Part shown: positions 37,630 to 49,819 of the stretch, one piece after another
Position numbering within the stretch: position 1 is the first letter of the stretch
Layout: each line of letters begins with the position of its first letter
From: Octopus sinensis
Lineage: Eukaryota
NCBI RefSeq assembly: GCF_006345805.1
Contig: NW_021833044.1
Span: 1-64,000, forward strand
Reading direction: 5' to 3'
DNA: 64,000 bases
Notes under the pieces: generated by a model
The model's input: the letters and a program-made list of their open reading frames with translations, nothing else
Told to the model about the DNA's origin: nothing
Databases searched by the model: none
Position numbers and translations under genes: made by a program

Positions 37630-40310
37630 CTATTTAAAAGCCAGATAAGTGTAACGCCGCCAATGGGGGCATCGAAAAGCCGACTGTAAAAGCCCGTTTA
37701 CCATCCGGCCTCTGGCAAACAAAATATGGAAGAGTTCGGAGACACAAAGGTTGCACTGCCCTCTGCCCCTATCAAATGGGAGGGCCACCGACAAAATTGA
37801 CCATTCCAGCCTGTAGCTTAAGTTCGTATCCTTCAGTCGCCATATTAGCTTACTGAGTCCCGTGGTCTGGCGCTTGTTCATGTCCCGAAAAGTTGCGTAA
37901 TGGTTGGAGACACGCAAAGACAATCTTGAGGATGAGGCCCCTACATAAGTGAAGACATCTGAGTCCGTGTAAACCTTGCATTGGTAGATGGCGTTTTTGA
38001 TCTTGGAGTTCGCCGACGTGAATCTTATTCTGCTAGGATTAGTTTCTGAAATTAGAACTGCGTTCCTGTCACTATATTCGTTCCGAGACCTGCAGCCGCT
38101 TACTACTCTATTTTCCACTACGTCACTATTAACTATAGGAATAACCCCTGATTCTCCACTATCTATCAGTGCTGTCATTGCTACTGCCCGTGGTGCTGCT
38201 ATTGCGGGAAATGATGCTGGGGATGCTATTGGGGCTCTCTACCCTACTCCCATTGTTACCGTCAACCACAACACCCCTATTTATAACTATACCCTAGTGG
38301 GTACTCCCTGGCTGGAGCTGAGATTATGTGTCACTGTACTGGCTCTCATATCATTATTACTACTATAATTATTCCTACTGAGCATTAAACCGGGAGCGGA
38401 AGAGGCTGTGCCTCCGGAAAAAGGTGATAGGGTCTTAGTAAGTAGCCTATATTATGGGAGGCGATTATCTGGGCGAGGTTTTAGTGTTGGAGAAAGCTAT
38501 CCTAACTTTATGCGAGTTAACCGTGGAGTAATATTTGGAATTTCTGGGGAAGTTATTGGCGATGGCTTGTCTAAACATGAGGGGGAGGTTAGTTCTAATC
38601 TGCTTACCAAAGGGGATTACAAACCATATATGCTTATTCCTATCAGTGTGATGGGTCGGGACGCCAGCTCTCGCATTCGGGTGGGTGATTCTCGGATGAA
38701 TAACGGGTCTTGGGTTAGTGTAAGACCTCCCGGACCGATAATTATCCTTGTTCGCTAAATTAAATGCGGGAGCGACTACCCCGGCATCCGCCGCGCTCCC
38801 GTCCTTACTAAAATGTTAATTTATTATATACGGCCCTATCCTGATGACCGAATGATGGCATCGGAAGGGCCGGATCAATATAAATTACCTTCTGCCTATA
38901 ACCGGCCTGGATAGTGCGGCGTTATAAAATTCCGCTTTCTGCATAAAAATATCGGCACTGGCGGACAAGCCAGACAATCTTAGAGAGATGTTTTTAACCA
39001 AATTGTCTGTTACGGTTTTGGCATGATTGAGAAGACACTGACATACTTCAAATTAGTGGAAGGCTTATGGTAAGGCAGTATGAGTCGCTATAAGGTTAAG
39101 TGTAACGTCTAGGAAATTAGCCTTGGTGAGTTCATTATCAAGACTATACTCATGCCCATTCTATTAAAAAACCTAGCTAACCTGCTCTTAGTTTTCTGCA
39201 CTATTCTGTTCGTGGTGTTTTGCAGGTAAAACAGACAATCGTCACGATACAGGCCGCCCGCGATCTCCGGGAATTGGTCGGACAATTCGTAGAGAATATA
39301 TATTCCGACCAAATCGGCTATCTGCGCACTATCCGAACTACCCATAGGCACATCAAATTCATTGGGAGTATCTTTACGGATCCACACTTATTATCAAACT
39401 TAATAAACGATTTCCTGGCAACTAAAATGATATCCATCTCTTCTCTGTGAGGCCAGCCTTGTTGTGAGCATGCCAGAGGGCCTTATTAGCACACTAGGGT
39501 TAATCGAGGGGTAGAAGCTGGCGATATCAAACTGAATGAACCTAGTACGGTTCTTATTGGGGATGGAAGAGAACCACTTCACTACCTGCGAGGAGTTGGC
39601 CCAGAGGCTGAGCTTCAGCTTGTTTACTAAACTAGGGATATATTTATCTAAAATGTACTTACTGATTATCCCGATATCAGATCTAGCAGGGCATATGAGT
39701 CTTAGCGCTGGGTTGGTGTGGAAGTTCGGTTTATGGTCCTTCACTATAAATCTAGGTAGCTTAGGGCTAAGCGGCTGAGTTCTCATTTGAATTCGGTGTT
39801 TAAATATTATTTCCTTAATTTCCAAGTTTACCTTCCTCAGGGTACTCCAATTGGTTTTTCTATAATTTTTCTTGATCTCTTTACCGAGTAAATCTAGGTA
39901 CTGCTTAATGGGCATCTTGTATGTGTTCCTGGTCTTGTCGGACTGGACCAGGACTCCGTTCTATTAATGTCCTTGGTAATTTTATCTAGGTATCTGAGGT
40001 GGGCATTTCTCCTGGGTGACTTCCTGAACTTAATCTTTCTAACTATGTCCCACAAGTCGTCCTCAAACTTCTTCAGTCTTGGGTTAGGTGGCGGCGTATC
40101 CAATGTTTTAAAAAGCCGGCCGTATTCGGACGATGCTGTTGTCCGGTTCGATTTTAGATCTTCGTTCTCGTGGAAGAAAATGAGCCATTATCCGGTTTAT
40201 GAATGCGTTGGTTTTACAAACCAACTCCTAAGGAAGGCATCCTTTGGTGGTATAGGAATATCCTTAAGGGACGCATCAATCTCGACAACTCCATTATTGG
40301 TATCGGTTAA
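37630..40310 (-). pseudogene. PLE polyprotein (RT plus GIY-YIG), multiple frameshifts
   Basis: N-terminus DASLKDIPIPPKDAFL; KDHKPNF...RLICP; FDIASFYPSI; FDVPMGSSDSAQIADLVG; LYRDD; NFLDVTL; HIWFVIPFGKQIRTN; GIY-YIG AIY...TYVG...RVSNH...CNLC...CPH. Confidence 0.95.
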
Positions 40311-40572
40311 AGTAGCAGTTTCTTGACGAAGCGGTATGTATTATGTGAAATAGAAAGATGAATAATCTTGTAGTAGATTAATCAAAAGTTTAACCGATAC
40401 CTTAGTAGCAAAAATCACAGCAGTAAACAGCACGGTTGGAGGTACAACCATATGGTGTTGCAACCGTGCGTTGGTGCGGATAATTGAAATTAAAACATTA
40501 TTGGTGAATTGAAGAAATGGAGCTGAACGCAGATTGAACAGAAATCGTTTTATTTCATTCTACACGTGTTTC

Positions 40573-41502
40573 CAGTGCAACCTTTGTGTCTCCGAACTCT
40601 TCCATATTTTGTTTGCCAGAGGCCGGATGGTAAACGGGCTTTTACAGTCGGCTTTTCGATGCTCCCATTGGCGGCGTTACACTTATCTGGCTTTTAAATA
40701 GCGTTTATAAATAATACCGGCGCCCATAGCCCTTGGTAACAAATTCTGAAATAGCCTTTAAGATATCTACGATTAACCACTGCAAGGGGAATTACTCCTG
40801 TATGACAAACGGGGCTTGGTTTTTTCACAGCGGGGGGTTTCCTTGACAAGGCAGGCTTAGATGAACACACACACACATAAAACATAATATATATTTTTTT
40901 TTTCTGCCACCCAACGGTTCTCACACACACACAGTATACACACACACACGTCTCTAAGTAGATTTTTTCTCGCCCCTTATAAAACATCCAATATTCCTTA
41001 AATAGTCAGAACTTTATTCTCGGTCACAAAGAACGTCTACACACCCTCACCCACATGATTGACCGATGCCTGACCCGTTGAATTCTTCAGCCACCGGTTC
41101 TCAACATACACTGATAAACAGTTTCGCCATGGGCTCTTAGGAGCATAGTTCGATTTGTTTTTGCTCCGCCTCTGTTCTGTTTTTGTTTTTCCAACGGATT
41201 TCCTATTTTCTTCCTGAAGAGAAAGACACAATATGGTCCCATTATTCAATCGGATTTTGGTAATTTGTGCCTTTCGAAACACGTGTAGAATGAAATAAAA
41301 CGATTTCTGTTCAATCTGCGTTCAGCTCCATTTCTTCAATTCACCAATAATGTTTTAATTTCAATTATCCGCACCAACGCACGGTTGCAACACCATATGG
41401 TTGTACCTCCAACCGTGCTGTTTACTGCTGTGATTTTTGCTACTAAGGTATCGGTTAAACTTTTGATTAATCTACTACAAGATTATTCATCTTTCTATTT
41501 CA

Positions 41503-41504
<2 letters not shown>
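40573..41504 (+). repeat. Inverted terminal repeat of the PLE (GIY-YIG 3' end, 3' UTR, ribozyme, 5' UTR)
   Basis: Duplicate ORF MFRKAQITKIRLNNG at 36968 (plus) and 41037 (minus); lacks roughly 70 bp present near 37325-37400. Confidence 0.95.
41204..41297 (+). ncRNA. Hammerhead ribozyme in the inverted terminal repeat
   Basis: CTGAAGA at 41214-41220, GAAAC at 41276-41280, predicted cleavage after 41287; same sequence as 36953-37046. Confidence 0.88.
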
Positions 41505-41533
<29 letters not shown>

Positions 41534-41693
41534 AAATATATATACACGTAGATGTGGTCAAACATATGTTTGTTGCATATGTTATGTGGCTTTGTGTCCA
41601 GGCACTTCAACACATACACGAGTATAATGACGTGTCTATACTTCTGCTGCCTCATAAATATATATCTTCATTTCACTTAATAAAATGTCTCTT

Positions 41694-41740
41694 CTGTTGC
41701 TCTGAGTTTTCATTACCGAGATCAAAATTCGTCTAGCAGT
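41694..41740 (-). ncRNA. Decayed hammerhead-like remnant related to 7598 and 28813
   Basis: Minus strand ...AAT-GAAAAC-TCAGA-GCA-ACAG shares the AAACTCAGAG stem III signature; core degraded to TAGACGA. Confidence 0.35.
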
Positions 41741-41894
41741 ACTTCCTTTTAATATAGATGTCTCTGCCTCCATTTATATATGCCTGTCCTTCTCTCTCTC
41801 CCTCTCACACTCTTTCTCCTATTTTCTCAGTCTCTGTCTGTCTTTCTCCTGTTTGTTCGTCAGTTTTACGTAGATATACAAATAAAGTATGCAT

Positions 41895-41940
<46 letters not shown>

Positions 41941-41941
41941 T

Positions 41942-42049
<108 letters not shown>

Positions 42050-42212
42050 CATGTACTCACACCTACACACACAGACTCTCACACATTTACATCTCTTCAT
42101 TTTGTTATCTGTTATTGATACCTGATGTATGTGAGTGTCTGCTTACACTTTCATATATATGGACATACAGACTTACATACAAGCCAACACACTTACATAT
42201 ATACACGTACTG

Positions 42213-42243
<31 letters not shown>

Positions 42244-42414
42244 TGTATGTATGTATCTATCTATCTATGCATACATAAATATATACATACATATACATAT
42301 GCATATATGGATACATACACACACATATACGTATATTTATATGATTCAACATATGTAATTTATATATGTTAATATGTCTGCTTATACGTATATTTATGTA
42401 CATGCATACCTACG

Positions 42415-42476
<62 letters not shown>

Positions 42477-42952
42477 TACTCACGTTCACCCATATGCTCT
42501 GCTTTTAAGGAACAGGTGAAAAAGTACTCAATATATTATGTGCAGTATAATTATGTTTATTGAATTAACGTGTTCTCTAATTTTTGTTCAAAGATTACTT
42601 TATGTATCTAACACCATTTTCAGGCCATTAATGCTAAACACATCTTAATCGAAGGTGGATCGATGTGTGTCGCGTGTAGAGGACAGTAATTTACAACCAA
42701 ATATTTCATGAACACAACGTTTCATTAAGAACAAACTGGACGCTGTTATTTCACTTGATGTGTGCGCTGACGATTTCTGCTTCGTTATTTGCATCGATTT
42801 CCTTGTTATTATAATATGCATCGTAGTGTCCACACAGCCATGTCTTTATGAAAACGCCGAGATAGTTATGCATGAGTTATTATTGATATCAACATTCAGA
42901 CTAAAACTAGTGTCGGTTATTTATTTCCATGTTATTGGTACGCAATGGATTT

Positions 42953-43900
42953 TGTGGAGTTACTAAAATTTTGTGGTAGAAGAATATTTGAAGGGCTGAA
43001 ATACTAAATTCTTCGTGTGAAGGCCAAAGAAGATGTTTTGTGTTTCACGTTTAAAATGTGACCTAATAGAGGGATCAGGGGGATTACTGCATACGCCATT
43101 TCAGTTTCTTACCGAATGACTGCAAATGGTTTTCTGCGACACGCGACATCCTTTAGGATACCCCGTAGGGAAAAGACTGCAGGTGTTAGATCTTGAGAAC
43201 ATGCGGGCAAGTCAACTGCATCTCTTCGTCCTATCCAGTATGCTTGCAAATTCTCCTCCAGGTAAACTCGCTCGTCTCAGCAGTAGTATAGTGATGAATC
43301 CTCTTGATAAAAATTCATTTCAATGAAGTGCATGTATGACTGGTAACATAGACGTGCTTAGCATGTGTAGGTATGCTTGATCAGTGACAGCACCTCAAAG
43401 TAGAATGTTCCTACTCAACCTCTTAATGACACTGTACACCAGACATTGACCCATTTTCTTCACACGGATTTGCGATTTTCTAGTGCCCAGTAAACCCAGT
43501 TATGTCGGTTCACTTTTCCGTGATTCATCAGACCACAAAATCGCCCTCAAAAATTCTTAATCCTCAGTTATAATGCGTTGAAATAACTCACAGAAATCAA
43601 TTCACCGATCAAGATCGTCATCGTTTATTGAACTTAATAGTCTTGAGATGAAAACTTTCCACTTAGCTCTATAAAGAATGCGCCGTATGTTTGTACTGCT
43701 TATTCCTGTCTCTCGTACAAATTAAGTGGCAGATGTCTGTAGTCAATGTGTAAATTATTGCAACATGATAACCAACGAAGAAACACTTGTTATGAACTTC
43801 AATAACAATGTCAAACTTGAAATACCACATTCAAATGCATTTACGTTCTTTGAATGACAATCTTACCCCTGCCAATTTGTCTTAGTAACTCACACTAGTA
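42953..43900 (-). mobile_element. Degenerate Tc1/mariner-superfamily transposon, DD41D (rosa)-like
   Basis: Minus-strand relic LSFKERK...ETGISSTNIRRILYRAKWK...ILWSDE...HNWVYWALEN...YQED...WIGRR...PACSQDLTP..F..G.LKD; partial TIR TGTG(G)AGTTACTAA at both ends. Confidence 0.82.
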
Positions 43901-44253
43901 TTCATAAGAAAGTTTTCAGTGATTTTCATATGAAAATATTGGCCATTCACTGCTTCATACGACAATAGATAATCAAGTGAAATCGAATTTTTAACTTTTC
44001 AACAACTGTAGAAACTACAGTATTTTTACAATAAATGATATTGAAAGGAAAGCATATTTAAAAAGGCCAAAAAAGAAAAATCAATGAAGGTTAAAGCTAA
44101 CCTGCATTAATCCCGAGATATCTGAATTAATTTGCACGTCTGCATGCCTGCCTGCCTGACTGACTGTCAGTCTGTCAATCTATCTATATATCTGTCTGTC
44201 TGTCTCTTTATCTATCAGTCAAACTATGTATCTCTGCGTATATGTATGTGTGG

Positions 44254-44362
<109 letters not shown>

Positions 44363-44372
44363 TGGATGAGGA

Positions 44373-44686
44373 GACCCCTTCAGTTAAGATTGCACCTAGA
44401 AAGTTACCCTCCCGGTACAAGTCCGGGCAAGTTTGTTTATGGAAGACTAGCAGCCGGCCCATGCATTCCGCGCCTCTCCACGCCACTAGTGTTATCCAAG
44501 GTAAAGGCAAAGGCCGATACAGTTTGGCATCGCTGACGTCGCAACTCATTTTTACAGCTGAGTGACCTGGAGCAACGTAAGATAAAGTGTCTTGCTCAAG
44601 AACACAACACGCAGGCCGGTCCGGGAATGGAACTCACAATCTCACGATCGTAAGCTCGACGCTCCAACCACTGAGCCATGCGCCTT
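44373..44686 (-). mobile_element. tRNA-headed SINE, family S3
   Basis: Minus strand GGCGCATGGCTCAGTGGTTGGAGCGTCGAGCTTACGATCGTGAGATTGTGAGTTCCATTCCC...GTGTTCTTGAGCAAGACAC. Confidence 0.85.
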
Positions 44687-44719
44687 CATATATAGATATA
44701 TATAGATATCTATATCTAA

Positions 44720-44812
<93 letters not shown>

Positions 44813-45320
44813 CCTATCTATCTATCTGTCTATCTATATATCGCTATATATATCTTACATATATACGTGTGTGCGCGCGTGTATATGTGAGTCTCTATGC
44901 GTGTGTGATGTGAGTTTATGCGTGTGTGCATGTGTATGTGTATGTGTGCATGTGTGCGTATGGATTTACCAAAGTTAAAATTTTACCAGTTTGAAATGTT
45001 TACGCTGAAGAGCCTTTCTTTATGTGATATCACACACACACATATGCACACACACATACACACCAGTACTCTCTCTCTCTCATTCTGTCTTTCCTTCTTT
45101 CTTTCTCTCTCACGTGTAAACATAATTTTTAGTTGTATGAACTACATAAACACTTCAGGTTTCACACACACAGACACCCCCACAAACACACACATACATA
45201 TATATATATATACACATACATACGAACATACACGCATACGCACACATATAGATAGACCAACATATACATACATACATATATATATATATATGTCTAAAAA
45301 TATACAAACACCCATACAGG

Positions 45321-45352
<32 letters not shown>

Positions 45353-46289
45353 CATACATATATATATATATATATACATGTGCGTATGTGTGTGTGTACG
45401 TACGTACATACGTGTGTGTATGTATGTGCATACGTGTGTATATGTGCGTCCGCGCGCTTCTATGTATACTTATGCACAACCTGAATGTAAATAATTCTTA
45501 CGTATTTTCCATCACTTTCCCATGCAGCGAAGGAGCGACGAAAACTGTACAGCTGTAAAACGATTGAGAACTTAGCCGCCTATTTTATCACCTTGTATTG
45601 TTACTAAACGTTATATTGTGCCATATATATATATTTGCCTTATCATCATCTGTATTTTATTTCCATTTCAAGAAAACTGGAACATCCTCGTATTTATAAA
45701 ATCTGTTTGAAAACATTCACCGTATTTCATTGTCCTATGTTTAGTAGATATTACGATACATTAATCCATACGCAAATATTATCTCGCTACTGTAATTCGC
45801 CGTTTGATTAATGGCGATATTGGAAATTGTAGCGATCGCTGTAAGCGTAAATTGCGAGTTCTTTACCGGTGTTATTTCATTGTGCAATCCATATCTTCGA
45901 GATACAGGTCTATAATTTAACCGAACGTTGATGTGGTCACTATGTAATTATATGCAAATGCGTGTAACAGATATCCTGTAATCGCTGTTTCAACGCGTTA
46001 AACGTATTGCTTTATGGCGGATACGATCAGAATGATCATAATAATCATCTGTAAAGATCACCAATTGATAAAACGGCAGAAATATGCTCTAAAAATTCCT
46101 TACATTGTGTAATGGCGTTCCCAGTTCAAATGTAACCAGGGGTCAAATTGGCTCTTTCTTCCCTCATGTCTAGATGAAATATATAAATATTGGCGTCGAT
46201 TAAATCGATATTAGCCCTTACTCCGACGCTTGTATACGATTGACAGAAGGTAGGAATAATGAATACTAATATGAATATCACTACAACGT

Positions 46290-46500
46290 GAATTGGCAGA
46301 ACCGTTCGAGTTGGAAGAGGAGGGGGAAAACCCTTGTAATATTTATTCCGACTGGCTTTTTACATACGGAATTCAAATATCACCGAGGTCAAACTTCCCT
46401 TTCATCCCATCCGGGGTTGATAATATAAGAACCACTTGGGATCTAGGGTCAATGTAATCTATTTGCGCCCTCCTGTAAAATTGTCGGGATTGTAAAACAT
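46290..46500 (+). mobile_element. Old degenerate S2 SINE
   Basis: ggcagaaccgtt...ttcaaatatcaccgaggtcaaacttccctttcatcccatccggggttgataa. Confidence 0.6.
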
Positions 46501-46981
46501 TATTATTAAAGTCAGACCCATTTATTTCGACCTACGTATCTAAGCCATATTTTTAATCACCAGTCACCAAATTAACTGGAGGATAGAATTTTCCCAATCC
46601 AACACCACGTTCTATTCCAAAAATTTTATCCTTCTTTTTATCGTTTGTCTTCTACGTGTTTCAGTCATTAGGCTGCAGCCACGCTGTGCCACCACCTTCA
46701 AAGATAAGTACTAGAGGCGAACGAATCGACTGCAGTACTTAGATATTCTTAAACGCCTGGTAGTTATTCTGTCGCTCTCTTTTACTAAGGCGCTAAATTG
46801 TGGGAACATTAACACACCCGTTCTCAAGCGATAATGGTGGAAAATGCAGACACAAAGACTTGCAGGCAAACACAGAAACACATACACACATATACACACA
46901 CACACGCACGCACGCACACACATACACATACTCACTCACACATACCCGCGCAGATACACACACACACACAACTAAATGTAT

Positions 46982-47032
<51 letters not shown>

Positions 47033-47104
47033 TATATATGCACACATACATGCATACACACACACACACACACACGCACACACACACATATATTGGTACA
47101 ACGA

Positions 47105-47250
47105 GTTTCCATTCAGATTCTGTCTACCAAATCTACTCAGAATGCATTGGTGGACCCGAGGCTATAGAAAAAGACGCTTGCCCAAAGTGCCACGCGTTAA
47201 GGCTGAAACCGGAACCACATAACTGAGAAGCAAACTTCTTACTAAACACT
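47105..47250 (-). mobile_element. Degenerate S1 SINE 5' part
   Basis: gtctaccaaatctactc...cccgaggctatagaaaaagacgcttgcccaaagtgccacgc...gaaaccggaaccac. Confidence 0.72.
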
Positions 47251-47313
47251 ATGAAAATTGTGATAATACTTAATTTAGTTCACACAGCTGTCACTATTTC
47301 TAACAAACATAGG

Positions 47314-47700
47314 AACAGGAGTGGCTATGTGGTAAGTAGCTTGCTTACCAACCACATGGTTCCGGGTTCAATCCTACTGTGTGGCACCTTGGGCAAGTGA
47401 CTTCTACTATAGTCTCGGGCCCACCAAAGCCTTGCGAGTGGATTTGGTAGACGGAAACTAAAAGAAGCTCGTCGTATATACATATATATATACATATGTG
47501 TGTGTGTGTATGTGTGTGTGTGTGTCTGTATTTGTCCCCTCAACATCGCTTGACAACCGATGCTGGTGTGTTTACGTCCCCGTCGCTTGGCAGAAGAGAC
47601 CGATAGAATAAGTACTAGGCTTACAAAGAATAAGTCCTGGGGTCGATTTGCTCGACTAAAGGCGGTGCCGCAGTCAAATGACTGAAACAAAGAAAAGAAT
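47314..47700 (+). mobile_element. Full-length S1 SINE
   Basis: High similarity to the reverse complement of 3511-3925. Confidence 0.9.
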
Positions 47701-47949
47701 GACACTTTCTTAGCCCTCTTAAATGAAGGTGGTGCATTCTTCCTTGCGGATTCGGTTAATAGCTGTATTCGATTCCTGGTGACAACAGTATTTTCATATA
47801 ACCTGGTAAGTGAGGAATGTTCGCATATCGAACGACAGGATAAAGTTTCACCGCTACATTTAGCGAATTTTCGCTGCCGTTATATAGGGAACAAACACTC
47901 AGAGAGAAAGGTTAAAGATGGAGAGCGGATTGCGATATCTAGCTGAAGA

Positions 47950-48320
47950 AGAGAAGAACGAATGAAAAGAGGAGGATGAAGAGAAAGACGAGGAGTAAGA
48001 AAAAGTACGATACAAATAAAAGGAGAAAATATAATGAGAAAAGAGGGAGAAAAAGAAGACGAAGGAAAGAAAAAGTAAAAGAAACGGAAGAGGAGGAGAG
48101 GATTAAAGAAGGAGAAAATACAAAATATAATGATGAAAAGAGAAAGAAGAGACGAAAAAGTTACAAGAAGAAGGAGAAAAAGATGATGATGATGATGTAG
48201 AAGAAGAATAAGCAGAACAAGGGGAGTAGCGAGAGGAGAAGAAAGAGGTAAAAAAGTAATGCGAAGAAGGGGAGGAGGAAGAAGAACGAGGAGGAGAAGG
48301 GGAGAGGAATTGAAAAAATA
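47950..48320. repeat. Purine-rich (GAA/GAG/GA) low-complexity tract
   Basis: Direct strand asymmetry; gives spurious K/R/E and F/L/S ORFs. Confidence 0.85.
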
Positions 48321-48618
48321 TTGGCAATGACAAAACGGGAAAGTATGGATGAAGTCGAAGTGTCGGAGAATTCTCTGGAATAATATCGTTGACGTCATTA
48401 TGGTGTACATTTACAGACAAAGTTACTGCTTCCGCCAACATATCGGTTCTGATTTTTAATTAGAATCAACTTTTATGTAATGATCAATATACACTTAATT
48501 ATTAGAAACAGACACGTAAATGTGGGCAAAAACTGCTGCCAGCATCCTGACAATAATAATAACAAGCACAACAACAACAACTACTACAACAACAACAACT
48601 ACAACAATAATAATAATA

Positions 48619-48930
48619 CTTTCGTTATTGGCCACCAGGGCCGATCGCAAAACGTAGAAGACGATACAAAGACGAGGGACAGTGAGATTATACGTGTAAA
48701 AACCCAACAAACACAGCGATTAACAAAGAGGTTAAATCAACAATATGCTTCCCCAATAGGGGTTGTTCCACCGTAAGGTGACCAAAGAGACCTCACGCAC
48801 TTTGGACCCCTTAACACCAACGGCTTCACAGGAAGGCGTCCTCTCTTCTCCCTTCCATTCGCAAGTAGGCCCATTCACGCTGTCCATTCTTACCACATTC
48901 ACCCACCATTCAACGAACTTACTTTCTTGG
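48619..48930 (-). mobile_element. 3' fragment of a third Tx1-type element
   Basis: Minus strand FVEWWVNVVRMDSVN resembles FKKRWVNVAGMERVN of copy 1; ends GGCCCTGGTGGCCAATAACGAAAG like the other two 3' ends; followed by (TAT)n. Confidence 0.65.
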
Positions 48931-49689
48931 GTTCAATTTCTGGTTCTATTGCCATGCCTTTCTGTTCTTGCTTTTGTCATCTCATGGTTGCGCTGCTTTC
49001 CTTTGGACATTTCTTTCTGTCCTTCTGTTCTGGTTCTGTGGGCAGAAAAACCGAAAGTGGGACGTTGAACCACAATCATGGGATTTCGGCCTTCAACCCT
49101 CCACGTTCACCTATAGTCCTACTCCATTCGAGAGAGAAATCAGATCTGGGACTTTCTCTAACTTCTCTGACTTCACGTAGAGAAGAATTTCAAAGACAGT
49201 CCCTATCCAATCCTCTCGCTTCGATCTTTTAACATTCCAGAGATTCTCCCGTTCGTACCAATACAGGCGAGAATCCACCATAGATCTAGGTCTGGTGGGC
49301 CTCTACTCCGTATGTCTTTCAAGGCTTTTCCAACCTGGTAGCGTTTGGTATTTTCGAGCTTCCTTGGCTTTGTGTTCACGAACCAACAGACTACTGTCCG
49401 TTTGGCTGTTGCTTCAAGCACTCGCTCGGAGGTGTCAATTCTAGACTTCTTCCATTCATTTTCATATAGTTTGCTGCCTTAATATAGTTTTTCTATTTTC
49501 TTCTCCAATGAAGTATTCAGCAATTTTTTAGCTGCCGTAATATTTGCAAAAATCTCTTCCCGCCACTAACTCCATTTTGTTAGTCTCTTCCTAGCAGCAG
49601 TTGCTGTTACTGTTGTTCTTCGTGCTACTACAATTTCCATGTAGTGAGGAAGACTTTACTCTTTCCTTCCTTTCATCTCTTTTCTGATT

Positions 49690-49795
49690 TTCTTCTTCTT
49701 CTTCTTCTTCTTCTTCTTCTTCTTCTTCTTCTTCTTCTTCTTCTTCTTCTTCTTCTTCTTCTTCTTCTTCTTCTTCTTCTTCTTCTTCTTCTTCT
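49690..49795. repeat. (TTC)n microsatellite
   Basis: Direct. Confidence 0.95.
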
Positions 49796-49819
49796 CTCCA
49801 CTCTCTCCACTCTTTCTCA

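Larger units (their letters stand above)
36893..41504 (-). mobile_element. Full-length Penelope-like element, family B, with inverted terminal repeat, inserted in (TA)n
   Basis: RT and GIY-YIG on the minus strand; 40573 to about 41358 inverts 36893-37758; 41276-41504 inverts 40344-40572; (TA)n on both flanks. Confidence 0.95.

Noticed and set aside
47761-47812. Candidate micro-exon ending at CTG/GTAAGT (CIRFLVTTVFSYNL)
   Set aside because: Weak acceptor, no recognisable protein and no partner exons; needs RNA-seq.
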